In this document: positions 13,293 through 26,420 of the stretch, piece by piece | Position numbering within the stretch: the stretch's first letter is position 1 | Layout of the letters: each line of letters begins with the position of its first letter | NCBI GenBank assembly: GCA_051294905.1 | Contig: CM119372.1 | Location: 1,488,001 to 1,552,000 of the forward strand | Direction of reading: 5' to 3' | Origin: Botryllus schlosseri | Taxonomy: Eukaryota | Length of the DNA stretch: 64,000 bases | The notes under the pieces: model-generated | Seen by the model: only the letters and a program-made list of their open reading frames with translations | Database searches by the model: none | What the model was told of the DNA's origin: nothing | Program-made: the position numbers and the translations under genes

Positions 13293-15173
13293 TCAGGCCT
13301 TCATCTCACAAATGTAGGAGTTGGTCGTACTACGACATGGTGAATCATTCAGGAAAAGTTTGCTGGAGGTTGTCGTCCAGATTTGACCGCAGCTTTCGCC
13401 TCCTGATGTGTCGTTCGGTTCACCTACATTCCAAGCGGTAGTAGCGTGATTCCAGTCTTTATAATCGATCCAACTCCATCGATTGTTCATTTTGAGTAGA
13501 CCTACCCAAGGCAGGTTATGGCCGTCCCATCCGCCACTGACAAAGCGATTTTGAATGATATATCTGAATCGGAGATAATTTTTTTAAGCAGCTGCTCTTG
13601 CGGGTTTATACTATGTGACCTGCTGTCGAACTACGAGTAACCAATATATTGGGTAAAGTATTCAGAGCATACATGTTACAGTTTTGTACCAATTCCAAAC
13701 TTTTATACGTCCAACACTTACTTCACTGCGGCAGGGTCACGCAGAACTTCAGCAGCCAACCTGCCTCCCATCAAACTGCATTCTTGCTGGGCAGCTCGGC
13801 CGGTGATAGGTCCAGTAAATACCTGGAACTTGTAGCCCCCGGAATTGATCCAACCCGAGTCTGAATCGAAACAGGTCGGTATCTCACACACCAATATTTA
13901 CGGATAAGGGCGAAATTCTGGTGTACAATTCAGCACCAAATCTTACGGCGGGACCGAGCCCGACAGTGTAACAATATCCCGTCGTCTCATGCAGAGCAAC
14001 TTTTCGCCTTATATAATCAAATCACTTATTTAGATATCGAAAAATATCGCCACACATACGTTAACGTACGTAATCAATAATCCAATATAATGCACTCTAC
14101 GAACAAATTGCATCGGACTATGTTAATTAGGATGGTCATCGATTACTATGCCGTCTTGACCCTTGATTAGATTTCTCACGATTGTTGGAAACTGAGTGTG
14201 CGCTGTAGTTTGTAACAATACCGGGCCTAAGAGTCAGTGTTTACCAATAAATTCACGCTTCGGTAAAAGTATCACAATCGAGTGCCCCTGTTCAGCAACA
14301 TCGCGTAAAATTTGGTGTCGCATGCAATGCACTTGAAAGAAGGCTACTAGCTGCCGATCGTTAATTTTAATAAGAGTCGAAGCTACGCAATGAATGGCTG
14401 CAACTATTTACGTGATAGGTAAAGCATGGTTGCATTGTGATGGCTTTTGTCATCCAAACATATGATTTATTTCCGTCGCTTGGATTTTATCATATTCACT
14501 CATAAATGTTTGCAAACTATGACAAAGCGCTGCAATTTTGACGAAAAGGTTTTTTTTGGTGTACACTGGAGTTGGATCGATTGTAATTTGTAATTGAGCT
14601 GAACGTATTTGATTACAGTTTTTCATGCAATTGTAATTGTAATTGAAGCATTTCTATTTTTTGTAATTGTAATTGTAATTTGATAAAAAAATTGCCTAAT
14701 AACAGTTTCGATTACTTTGTTATTGAAACCTGACAATCACAGCATAAAATAATTAGCCTATTTACATTCTATGCGTGCCTCGTTAACTAGATAATTCAGC
14801 CGTGCAAAACTGTTTTCCATACTTCAGTAGCAACAGAAAACTTGATGAATTAAAAAATAGGCTAAACCAGTCGTTCTCCGTGCAAACAGAAATTATTTTC
14901 CGCGCTTGACGCGATTTATCTCCATTTCATAGTTATTGCTCTGTATATAGTTCTAATTTCATATTGGAGAATTCTCTCATGAACAGTCATAACCTTCCAT
15001 ACCATCAAACTATTATTTGAACACAATTAAAAATATATGAACTAGTTCATCGGGAATAATCTGTATCTACGTGACGTCAATAATATAGCATAGAACTCAC
15101 CGCCCTCGACGTTTTCGCACGTTATGGCGACGACTAACAACATCAATGCAAGACCTTTGATCGTGAAAGACAT
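13293..15173 (-). CDS. Secreted single-domain C-type lectin (EPN motif), 3 exons, 160 aa
   Basis: Exons 15173-15101 (signal peptide MSFTIKGLALMLLVVAITCENVEG), 13860-13722 and 13563-13293, with GT-AG introns of phase 1 and 2. The spliced ORF is 483 nt. It carries C-type lectin domain motifs A..EC..MGGRLA, PWVGL, WSWID, WNVGEPND, ESCG, LNDSPC and YICE, with four canonical cysteines. Confidence 0.93.
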
Positions 15174-15455
15174 TTTTCGTTGTACTCGGTTAGAATATTC
15201 GCTAAAAGTACCACAAGGAACACAATTATAAGAAACCCCAAATTGTGGATATGACACAGTAAAACCGTTTTTGTGAATCACAAATGCGAAATCCAACTCG
15301 GGAAACATTCAGTCCTGCATCTTCTGCAATCGTAAAGGTAATACATTTACAACCACAGAAGATATTGATTGAGTGACCCGCGCTTATCACGAGACACATG
15401 CTCGCTTTCTGCTCTGAACAGTCTGGAGCATGTGCATGTGACATTCATCTCATCA

Positions 15456-15514
15456 CCTTATATAGGCATATAGTTACAGCCTTTTTCCTTTAGTCTGTCG
15501 TGGAAATTTTCCAC
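15456..15514 (-). promoter_or_regulatory. Candidate lectin promoter: TATA box plus palindromic kappaB/NFAT-like site
   Basis: Minus-strand CCTATATAAGG at ~15457-15466. Palindrome GTGGAAA-T-TTTCCAC at 15500-15514, about 35 bp upstream of the TATA. Confidence 0.4.
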
Positions 15515-16086
15515 ATATTGCTATAATTACCAAAAATAAGGAAGTTGCAACAATTTAGCATCCGATTTAACAGCGAGTGATTTCAGCGTCACCGAAGATC
15601 ACTATACGAAGAGTAACGAATAACTTGCAAAGCTGGGAAAATAGAGTAGAAAAATGATTCGATGGCGAATCGAGTATGGTACTGTAGGCTGTGTGTTGAG
15701 GCCGGTGTTCGATTACCACTCACTCTTACTTAAAATCAGTATACTGAGAACATATATAGCATAATCGAATACAAAATTGAATTTTGAGAACGTCGATTGG
15801 AATACTACATTATTTTGATTGTGAATGTAACAATGGCTTATTTCGTCACGTACGAGATAGCCAATGTCTTTCGGCGCTGATTCCTAACTATTTTTGATCA
15901 TTTCAGCGGGGCCACTCTGCGACCTTGTCTGAGAATAATGTTTGATCTGCATGTGATGGATAGAGTAAAAAAATGTTGTTGAATAGTGTGAGCGAAATAT
16001 AGTGCCGATTGCGATTGCGAAGAAAATATGTTGAAGGGAGGGCGACACTCTGCAACCGCCGGAGGTACTTATCCAGAGGAAATGAG

Positions 16087-18364
16087 AAGAGGTGGTCAAA
16101 GTAGTCAAGAAAGCTACTTAAATAGAAGTAGAAGTAGCGACGAAAAAAATCTACTCAAGTACGAGCAGAACTACTTCTTTCATAAGCAACTTAAAACTAC
16201 TTGAAGTAGAAGTAGAATTGGCTGACTTTAAATCTACTCAAGTAAGTAAGTAGTTGTGAAAACGATCGTAATTCGTTCTCATGGATTGTCAAAAGGTGCA
16301 AATTGAACTATGCGAAAGATGCCGAGCTTGATTCATATTGATGCATACCAGGAAGTATTCAATTTTCGACAGCTTAAGCATTCGTCCGCGTCATGGGATG
16401 AAAATGATAGTATTAATATGGAAATGCGATACTAACCCTTGATGTACTAGAAGACCCCGTTTTAGAGAATATCATGGCATGGTGCCCTACCCCATATTAT
16501 AAGGCCCCAAGTTTAGGCGAAGAGCAATACGTAGAAGTTGTATCGGATACGGTTTCAACACTTTGCGCGATTAGTACCGTAATTTTCCGAATATAGTACG
16601 CCCCCGTGTATAATACGCACCCTTAAAATGGCGTGTAAATTCTGGGGAAAAGCCTGTACACTTGTATGGCACTCACCCTACATTCCCAGTTCAGTACATT
16701 CGCAGTACAGTTTTAGTATTCGATGTCATTCTGTTTTGCGATGTCACTATTGAACAATCATGACATAACGATCGCTAATCATTGGATGCAAATTATAGTA
16801 TTGATATGGAAATGCGATACTAATCGTCTGTTTAATAGAACAGCACGTTTTAGAAAATATCATGACATGGCGCACTTCCCATATTATAAGGCCCGTAGTT
16901 TGGTCGAAGAGCAATACGGAGAAGTTGTATAGGATACGGTGTAAACAGTTTGCGCGATTAGAAAACGTTTAGAAAATATGGTGCATCGTAAAAATGCCAT
17001 ATTGTCTAGCTTTATTTTCAGAAATTAAAGGCATTGCCAGACTTGCTTTTGTGCTTCAACTTGTATGTTATCCATAGACAAAAGAACTGATATTAATTGG
17101 AGCTCAAAGTATATGATAATGGGAATTAAAACTCAAATATAAATGCTACTTCTAAAAGCGGAAAAGGTATTTCACGTTTTTAGTCCAGAAAGTTTTAAAG
17201 GTGGTATGCTAAAACAGCTCTAAAACTAAAAAAAAGTCAGAGTCCACTTTTCCAGATTAGGACACGCCATGGACTGCTAGTATACGGTATGATAAATAAA
17301 TGCTAGATTGCGAACATCAGTTTCAATCGCTATGATGAGCCATATATACTGTGATTAAATATTTCATATGGACGATGGGCGACAATGCGGTGTGAGCGGA
17401 ACCACGCCAACCCGCTACCTAAATTATATTCACCAATACTACTGGTTATTCCGTATCCACTGAGCGCGAACCACAACGAAAATTCTGGGCTTTAATCAAC
17501 TTTTACGAAAATTAAATGTTGATACTCCGTGAAATTGCCCAGTAGGGCTGTTCAAAAATAACTTTTTTTCCTGAATCTTGCTAGTTACTTGATTAAATCG
17601 TTAGGTTGCCTTAAAAAACGACGCATACCAAATTTGAATTCATTCCGACAAATATTCGCGGGTTACGTAGAGTTTGAAAATTTTGGATTTGCCCAAAAAC
17701 GCAAAAAAAAAATTTTTCTCAAATTTTTTTGCCAACCCCATGAAATTGTTGGGCTGTTTTCAAAAACTATGCAAAACAAATTTGACTCAATTCCAAGCCG
17801 TAGAAGCGGAGTTATTCCAGTTTTTCGGTGATAATTCTTGGATTATCCACCAATCAAGGATAATCCCAGAATTATCGAATAAAAACAGAAATAACTCCGG
17901 TTCTACAGCTTGGAATTGAGTCAAATTTGTTTTGCATAGTTTTTGAAGACAGTGCAACAATTTCATGGGGTTGGCAAAAAAATTTGAGAAAAATTTTTTT
18001 TTGCGTTTTTGGGCAAATCCAAAATTTTCAAACTCTACGTAACCCGCGAATATTTGTCGGAATGAATTCAAATTTGGTATGCGTCGTTTTTTAAGGCAAC
18101 CTAACGATTTAATCAAGTAACCAGCAAGATTCAGGAAAAAAAGTTATTTTTGAACAGCCCTATTGCCCAGGCTATCTTCCTGATTGGAGGATTAAGTACT
18201 TCTACTTGACAAACTGAAAAGAGCGAAAAGTAAGTAAGTAGGTCACAGAATATTACGAAGTAGAAGTAGCGAAATTCAGACCTACTTGAGTAAGTAGCAG
18301 AAGTAGCAGAAAACTACTTGAGTACTTCGAAAAAGTAGAAGTACTTCGTTACTGACCACCTCTA
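16087..18364 (+). mobile_element. Non-autonomous hAT element with AAGTAG-rich subterminal repeats and nested insertions
   Basis: Termini (A)AGAGGTGGTCA...TGACCACCTCTA, 8-bp TSD GAAATGAG (16079-16086, 18365-18372). Homologous copies at ~32370-34126 (-) and ~55645-56710 (+). Internal duplication (~16395-16575 vs ~16780-16960) around a TACCGTA-type (Tc1/pogo-like) end at ~16576. Confidence 0.82.
17543..18162. mobile_element. Foldback hAT MITE (~305-bp arms, 9-bp loop)
   Basis: TAGGGCTGTTCAAAAAT...ATTTTTGAACAGCCCTA. Arms 17543-17848 and 17858-18162 are almost identical. Perfect 8-bp TSD TTGCCCAG. Confidence 0.92.
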
Positions 18365-18985
18365 GAAATGAGTAACCAAGTACTTTCACTTTTCTCCGAG
18401 TAATCAAATAAGTTTTGCATATGAGTAGGTTTACTACTTATAGGGTTACCATATGTCCTCTTTATAGAGGATTTGTCCCTTTTTTTTCAATAAATTGAAT
18501 ATGTCATCGGAGAACGTCTAAATGTCTTCTTATTTGGGAATTTGTCCTCTTTTTGCCGAAAAAGTGTGAAAATGCGCGCAAATGGACTCCGATATAGCGA
18601 ACGCCAGAGTTGGTAAGACCATCAACGAAAAATACGGTGCGGTGGATATTTCAGGAGCAGGGATGGGAAAGATGACCCTTTTTAATTATTCAACAATCAA
18701 CACCTCTCAAATGGGATAAAAGCGGGTAATTAGGAAGTCGAGTCAAAAAGAGGACCTTTTTTTAGTCAACATCACAGGCGTGTCGTATAGCACGTATATT
18801 TTTTCCACGTATTTTGTCTGTTCTGATACGACTGATTGAGGCTTCAAGGCTTGTTATATGGGAAGAAAGATCGAAACTATAATTTTCGTTGCGAAGAGTT
18901 GTTACCCTTGGCATTTTGGTGCATATACTTCTGGCGGCTTAATCAAAGAAATCATCTCCCGCTGCGTGACTCGAAAGATTACAAT

Positions 18986-19525
18986 TAGGGATGGTGCGAA
19001 TCCTTCACGGAATTGATTTTTATGATACAATAAACAAATCAGATCAAGATGGATCCCATACACCTGATATAATGTTTACATTAGACAACTAAGTATTCTT
19101 TATATCAATTTTATTGATTGGTTGAACAAGCACAATTCGCTGACCATACCTGCATTTGGTGTATCTTGGTCTTGATGCTGTTTGATTGTGGGCCAAGCTC
19201 ACTGCAACGAGTCACGAAATACTCGCAAACGTAAAGTTGAATATTTCGGGCAAACATGTGTAACAAAGCAAGTAAAATACTTGAAATTGGCAAGGCTTGT
19301 TTATTGTCGAATTTATTGTTGTGCTGCCAGTGCCATGCGGAGAGTGATCAGAAGTTGAAAGGCAGAGAATTTCAACCAAAGATATTATAATGACGTGAAA
19401 ATTGCAATAAATGAAAACGCTTTACAGTAAGAACCTACCAAGGTTCTTTTGTGTACGCGAACATCTAAATTTCTGAGGTTCACACACAAAACGCGAACGT
19501 GAACCTCACGTTCACACCATCCCTA
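18986..19525. mobile_element. hAT MITE (TAGGGATGGTG TIR family)
   Basis: TAGGGATGGTG...CACCATCCCTA with degenerate TSD ATTACAAT/ATCATAAT. Homologous to 49836-50786 and to the end at ~21430-21528. Confidence 0.75.
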
Positions 19526-20491
19526 ATCATAATATATACTCGATGGACATTATGGTATACTCGAATCGTTGTGTGCAGCCTTAGTGACGACTCGTAGCCA
19601 AATATATGTAATTAAATTTAAATATTTCAGTGACACATAATGTGAGAGACATGGGAACGGCTCATTCGGGTTAAACATTGGATAGGGCGTAGGCAACTAC
19701 TGATTATTTTGAGTAATGAATACAGTTAGAACGAAAGCAGCCGTACACTTTCCTCTAACCACCTAATTAAAAGCCAATGACACTCCAAAATTTTAAATAT
19801 ACATACACCTTCAATATATCTAATGGGCTTGCAATCGTATTCTCTGCATTTCATCGCAAGGGTTTCTAGTTATTGGAACTCTTTTTTTCATCGGCGACAT
19901 GATCCTGGTAGACACGGACTCCCAACTTTTAGTGAGTAATGAGCAGATTATTTCTATTACGTTCATATGTCACATGCATAATTCCAAAGACCCAAATTTC
20001 ATAAAGCTCCGTATGCTAATTTCCGCTAAATTGACGATGGTATTTATTCGTCATTGTAATTTGAGACTTCAAGGAAATGAAGAGCTCATGGGATCGTTAG
20101 CATCAATTGCTTGATCTGCTTGGCAAGGCATGATGCCGGAGGGTTGTCCTACATTTGGAGTATTTCCAAAATGCTGCGTTGCAATGTCTCATTCTATAGA
20201 TAACTGATAAAACAAAACATCACTGTGCCTGCAAGAAGCTTAGGCTACAGGAAAGCCGATAATATTTCGATCAAAGCGTTTGAAAGTAGCAGCCAAAGAG
20301 TGGGTGTGCCACCGACCACGGAACAGCGCGAAGACTAGTAATCGTGTAATCACGGCTCTTGATTGGATAGTCGGGTATGTCTCAATGATGACGACGGCGG
20401 AGGCGTACTGTTTAGATCACGATGGATCCCACACGCCTGATAATTGGTCAAAAGAGTAGATGGCAGGCACAAGTCAATACATCAAATGAAA

Positions 20492-21357
20492 TGTGAATCA
20501 AGTTAATCAATCCAAAAACAAATTGCAGTAACGTGACTGGCGGTCTGTCTAATATACGAGACGTGTAGTTCTCAAGCAGCCATGCATTCAGTGAAGACCA
20601 AGCACAGAAGCACCTGCGATGTCGTCGCACCTTAGTGGCGCCATAGAGCTACCGCTACATCTCCCTTCTAGGGACAAGCACAAAAGCAGAACAAACACAT
20701 ACAACGCAAGCAAAGAATGAAGACAATAAACAATCCGAATTGAGGCAGTTAGCGGTTCACACATGAGGCACGGTACAAAAGTATGAAGCAATTGGTAGGC
20801 AAGAGGTGAATGAAGAACACAACATATTTATATAGACTACTCGTATGATTACATCAGTACTCCTCGATGTATCTGCGAGGTGCGCTTCTGTTCCGATCCG
20901 ACCGCCGGACTAGCGGCGCCTCATGATGGTCATCGCGATCGACACTGGTAACGCTCGAACTGCTATCTCCCCCCTGATCGGGAAATTTGAAGAATTCAGC
21001 TGCCTCACTGGTGGTGATGTCGACGCCTTCTTGCGGGGTATTCTGCATCTGGTACCTCCGCACTATTCGACGATTTCATCTGAAGGTGCCAAGGCCAGTT
21101 CTGAAAACCAAGGATCTGGGTTGAGTGTCAGTGTCAAGTTTTTCCACGACACCTTGCGACTTGCAGTCCGGTATCCAGACTCGATCTCCCACCCTTGAAC
21201 TCATCTCCAGGTACTACTCTGTGTCTTTTGTTATAGTCACGAGTCACTCTGCGTCGATAAAATCTGCTTCGGCTTTCTTCACGGCGGTTTGGTCGACAGA
21301 CTTGGGCAGAAGATCATCTGGATGACACGGTACTCTTGTTCGGAGTTTGCGGCCCAT
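20492..21357 (-). mobile_element. Gypsy-type LTR retrotransposon remnant (integrase C-terminal tail plus probable 3' LTR)
   Basis: 21357-20854 translates, with frameshifts, to MGRKLRTRVP...YNKRHRV...VGDRVWIPD...QPRSLVFRTGLGTFR*NRR...VRRSDRNRSAPRRYIEEY*, typical of a Gypsy pol tail. TGTAATCA follows immediately (LTR-like start at 20853). The left boundary is approximate. Confidence 0.75.
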
Positions 21358-22774
21358 GCATGCCCATGCTGTAATTAATCAGCCTTACGATTCCTATCGT
21401 TATATGCCTTCCTGTCGTTATATTAACAGCGCAGAACCTACCAAGATTCGTTTGTGAACGTGAACCTCTAAATTTCTGAGGTTCACAGACAGAACGCGAA
21501 CGTGAATCTCACGTTCACCCCATCCCTATAGTAGTACTACATCAGATATTTGTATTATAGTCTTTGTTAAACTATTAAATTGCCTATGCATTTTGTATAT
21601 AACGGTTTTGCATTGGCGCTTTCGCCTCTGTGGATTACTACATATTTGTCTATTTTCCCAGAAAAAATATGAATTTAGTGTCTTTATTTTTCCTTCTCAC
21701 CAATTTGGTGGCGATGCCACCGATTTATATTAATAATGAGTAGAGTTAAAACAAAACATAGCGCTAGAATAGTTACAATGTGCTATCTATGCATGTTCGA
21801 CATTTTCTGTCTTTTGGGCGCAAAGTCAAAGTATTCCATATCGATAAATCTCAATATTTTTGATAAACATATGCTCGATAATACAAGCTTATTTTCATTT
21901 ATACAGAATTGCTTCGCAGACCGGATGCCGTATGTTTCACACCCATTCTTTAACCCGACTTATAGCCACAATTTATGAAATTGTGAGCTGCTAAATAATG
22001 CAGTCAAAGTAATGAAATGTTTTTGGCAGCATTTAATGTTTGACGCAACTAGTCTAAATGGAGTTGGGATGGGGGAGATGACCTATTTATTTTATTTTAA
22101 TCAGCGGCTTCTGAAATTGTGGGGGTATGCACAATCCCCGCAAAAGGTAAAGGATCTGTGATCGGAAAATTCCAAGAACCCCTTATGTATAATGGGTTGA
22201 AATATACGGTAGGGCGTACATCTCCGATATATCCACGGTTTTGTCGATCTTTTTCTCCGCAGTTAATCGCATGATAGTATGGTTAGTAAAATTATCATCC
22301 CCCGTGGTAACAGCAAACTCACAGCCTGCTAGACACGGATTCCTTGTGTTTAATGAGCAGCCGTATTACACTCACATGCCGCATACCTTACTCCGAAGAC
22401 CCTCTCATTACAAAGAGCTACAGCTCATCCTAATTTCCTTGTAATTAAAGATTCTGTAAATGAATGGTTGTCATTTGAGACTGCAGGAAATTAAGAGATC
22501 ATGACGTTCGCATCAATTGCTTTAGCTGCACAGCGGGACATTTTGCAGTTGATGGAAATTTACAGTGAGATATAGCGAGGTTCAAATAACGAACACGAAC
22601 ATGAACAGAATGTTTGCAAAACGACTAGTATTACTTTCATGACTACATTCATTGCAGTATAATTTACTAATTCGAAGACTTTTCGTATGCCCCTTATCAA
22701 GAATTAACGGCACAATAAGAAGCAGATACAAAGATATTCAAACGAAACTTAATTGGCCAACTAGGACACCGGTT

Positions 22775-22950
22775 CGGTTTATTAGCAATTTTTATGAGTT
22801 CAATACACCACAAAATTGCGATACAATGAAATGATAGGACGGTGCCGAAAAGACTTGAAGTAGTCTTTGAAATCAGACACCTACCTTGGCATAGGCGATG
22901 TAAAGAGAACGCATTGCACACTGAATGAAAAGTAAAAAGAAGATAGAAGT
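22775..22950 (-). mobile_element. LINE 3' UTR fragment
   Basis: Reverse complement of the 3' end of the LINE at 52854-53354 (CATTGTATCGCA..TTTGTGGTGTATTGAACT...TGCTAATAAACC). Another copy lies at ~51508-51635 (+). Confidence 0.7.
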
Positions 22951-23678
22951 TGAATACACAATTAGGGGTTAGTCGTATATATTATTCGGAAATTTTAAGA
23001 TTATATAGAAACACATTCTGCCGTCATGAATCAGGATTGGTCATTTGACTCCAATACAGACAAATGGAATGCAGATGGACAATTGGACATTTGTCAATCA
23101 CAGTGAACATTTCGTCAATGTTATGACTGACCCAGACCGGATAGTTCATTAGATGTGGCCGATTAATGATATGAGTGTTTGTGACCAGGTTGTAGGAACC
23201 AGAGTCGCCCACTTCTCTGCAGCAACGAACAAGCCGAGAACGATCAATCGGTTGATTGACTGAGCTAATGGATTTGGGAACATACCGTTTCACCCGCTGT
23301 ATAACAAGCAGATGCAAAATTAATGGTGATCACATGCGAAGCGAAAAATATGCAGCGCGTACCAGTAATGCTAAATTGCTTTCAATTTTTGGTATACTCT
23401 ATAGTCGGGCTACCATATTTTCGTGGCCTGAATTCTTCAGTACAGGGGTAACCAACCATTTCGAAATCAAGTGCTACATCTAGGGTAAATATTAATGCGA
23501 ATGGCTACCCCTTATTCTCGCCGTTTGCCCATGTATGACTGACTTTCCCAACTTTGAAATTATTGACCGGATAGAGATCGGATTCACACATGCTGATAAC
23601 GTCGGATACGGATCGTTGTTTTTCTGTTACCGCCGGATGATTAGAGAATAGTGTGCAGGATTTAACTAGATCCATGTG

Positions 23679-25728
23679 CACTGTAAAAAATAAAAACCTC
23701 GATTTACCGCGAAATGTTTGGAAGCACGGTAGCCAGACATTTCGTGGTAATCTAACATTACCGTTAGTCAATGTAAATTTAACTTACACTCGTCCGGTAA
23801 TCTCACTATACACGCCAGACTGTAATGTTACAGTCACCTCCGGTATATCTAATCTACATGTTCTCCTGTACATTTGCGATCGAGACTGTCATTTTACCGC
23901 CTACCTACCTACATGCTGTCCCTGTAAATCAGGATTACATACCAGCTTGTAAATTCACGTACATCCATACCTATCGCAAAGCAACTCGATGCAAAAATAT
24001 CGCAACATTTTCTTCACATTTCCAAAACGACATTGGAACAAACTGTATATTCATTCATGATATCACGAGGAAGTGGTTATCGATGGAAAAATATTGCTGC
24101 TGGAGGTCTAATTCTTCTTTAGGAGACATGCAGTAACACGAGTAGTCTCAAGAAAACGTGAATCAATTCCACCACCGGCCAAACTTCCAATTGTTTCTTG
24201 TTCTCGTTCTCAGTCCTCCTGTGTAAGTAGTATCTTGCAGTTCCACTAAAAAGAATTCATGCGTAAGTCGCTATCTAAAGCAAAGTTCCTAACCTGGACA
24301 GTGGACATGACATTATAAAGACTAAGGCAAATAGGCTAACAAAAATATAACATGTTTTGAAGTACCGGTACTGGCACATTGTGTGATGACGGCTCCGCCT
24401 TTTACATGATATAGCAGAGATTCATGACTTCATCTCTGTATTGAAGCAAAAGGTTCCTAATTTAAGGTGGCATGTGTGGCAAACAAATCCAGCAGCGGAT
24501 GAAAACATATCTATGCTATGGCCCGAAAATGACATTACCAAGCCAACAGTTTCAACCCCTCCGCAGCGGAGTATGTGGTCACTATATAAGTCGACAAATA
24601 TCCCAAAATAGAACAGAGAATGCGGCGAATGAAATATATCAATCATCTAATCTAAGTCATCGAGGGCTGGTGTGCAGAGTCAGATATTCACGGTAACAAA
24701 TACTATGTAGTACTGTATTACCTTTTAAGATGCGTATTCCATTCAGCATTCCTAGGAATCTTCAACGATCGTGTCCACTTTCTTCAAGCACAAAAAGCTT
24801 CGCTCCACCCTTTGCTCAAATCTCACTAATGGCCACTAGCCAGACGACACTCGAACGATTTCGAAATAAATGGTATTCATCCGATGACACATGACACCAA
24901 TAATATTTACTGGCCACGTTATAATGTTTGATCTGGGTCGTTTTTTCTATACAGAGACATTTATCATTGCATGTAGTCCCTTTTTTCATCTAATTTCGTA
25001 TAAATTGATATATATTCCATGTGTTGTTCACTACTTACTGTACTTACCTAACCAGACGCTGCTTGTGATGTCACAGTTGTGCGTTGGTTGTTTACTACGA
25101 ATCTCAGAAAAAGCAGTCACCTAATGTATCCTATTACAGGTCGCCTTGTCCGCCATTAACAAATGGTCAGCTGAGCATGCGGTGCTAATATTTCTAGTTT
25201 CCCCGAGCAATATTACACATCCTGAACTAATTTTCTAACTTATCAGCCTTATCCGTGACAACGAATGTAACCAGCGAGACTGGCCGTACAGCCATTGCCT
25301 TATAATATAATATGGCTACGGTGTACCACATTAGCTACGATTGTCAGTTATTTCTTGTACCCTACTAAGCTTAAATCGATACTAGGGCCAACAATCTCGG
25401 TATGACAGACCCCAGTCTCGCAAACGAGGTTCAATCAGGTCAAATCACCTCTAGAATGATATATCAGTAACATTCAGTTCTACGTATACATTGGCTGCAG
25501 CGATTTTGAAGCTAATCAATTTTGCCAATAGCCCGGTAAACTGCAGTAACGAGTAACTGTCAGTAATTTTGCGAAGAAATTCTGGTAACCTACTTTACAG
25601 CTATATTAAGGTAATATTACATATCAAAATGTAAAATGACAAGCTACGCACAGTAATTGGCTGCGACCGGTAATTCGTGGTAAAATTTACAGAGATTTAC
25701 CAGTAAATCTACCAGATTTTTTACAGTG
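23679..25728. mobile_element. Non-autonomous CACTA/EnSpm-type element
   Basis: 13-bp TIR CACTGTAAAAAAT...ATTTTTTACAGTG, 2-bp TSD TG, and TTTACC/GGTAA-rich subterminal repeats at both ends. Confidence 0.7.
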
Positions 25729-26039
25729 TGGAGATTGGCAGAGTTATTTTATTTTTGGCCGGAGCCGAATTGGAGCCGGATTCGATCAAAAGAAACAGGA
25801 TTAAGTCGGACTTGGAAATTTGGCGACATGCCTACACTATAGATGATCACTCTTATGACCACACGTATCGAAGGCTTTTATTAACCGAAAATAGCAGATC
25901 TTGTTTTACATAGATAATTAGGCCTACATAGCGTTCCCTTACAGCAGTGGTAGTTAACCCTTAGTAACCTTCACGGAACCCAAAATTTTCGCTGAGTCAC
26001 AAAAACAGGAATTTACCACAAAAATACATCTAACTACAC

Positions 26040-26420
26040 GGGGAAGCGAGTGGCGCAATGCGCTGCGCTAAGCGATACCGTCACGACACCAATGGTTGTT
26101 GGTTCGAGTGACGGCTCCGCCCAGTCTCTATGTCTTTGAGGTTTATCTGGGCTTCTCATCGCTGACCTCCCTGCGTATGCAGTGTCGTACGAAAGGCCCT
26201 GATTGATCAAGTGAAGTCGAGCTTTGAAAATCGGCAGCAAAAGACCCATGAGGACGCATGCAGGGGAGAGAGAAAGATGATGAATCGATGCATGACTGGA
26301 CGTCGTCTGAAAAAAGTACCATAGTGAAAGACCAATGAACATTACAACTTTCATTATCATGGCGCAAATAACCTGGTTTTGGCGATAAGTGCCAAATTGT
26401 TCACTGAAACAAACAAACAA
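26040..26420 (+). mobile_element. tRNA-derived SINE
   Basis: A-box TGGCGCAATGCG, B-box GGTTCGAGT, core GGTTTATCTGGGCTTCTCATCGC and (AAAC)n tail. Confidence 0.7.

Noticed and set aside
17589..18116. Mirror-image ORFs MIKSLGCLKK... on both strands
   Set aside because: Artefact of the foldback palindrome; not genes.
23020..23300. TDKWNA...VNHSEHFVN resembling a Merlin/IS1595 transposase motif
   Set aside because: Too short, frameshifted and lacking downstream motifs; a profile search is needed.
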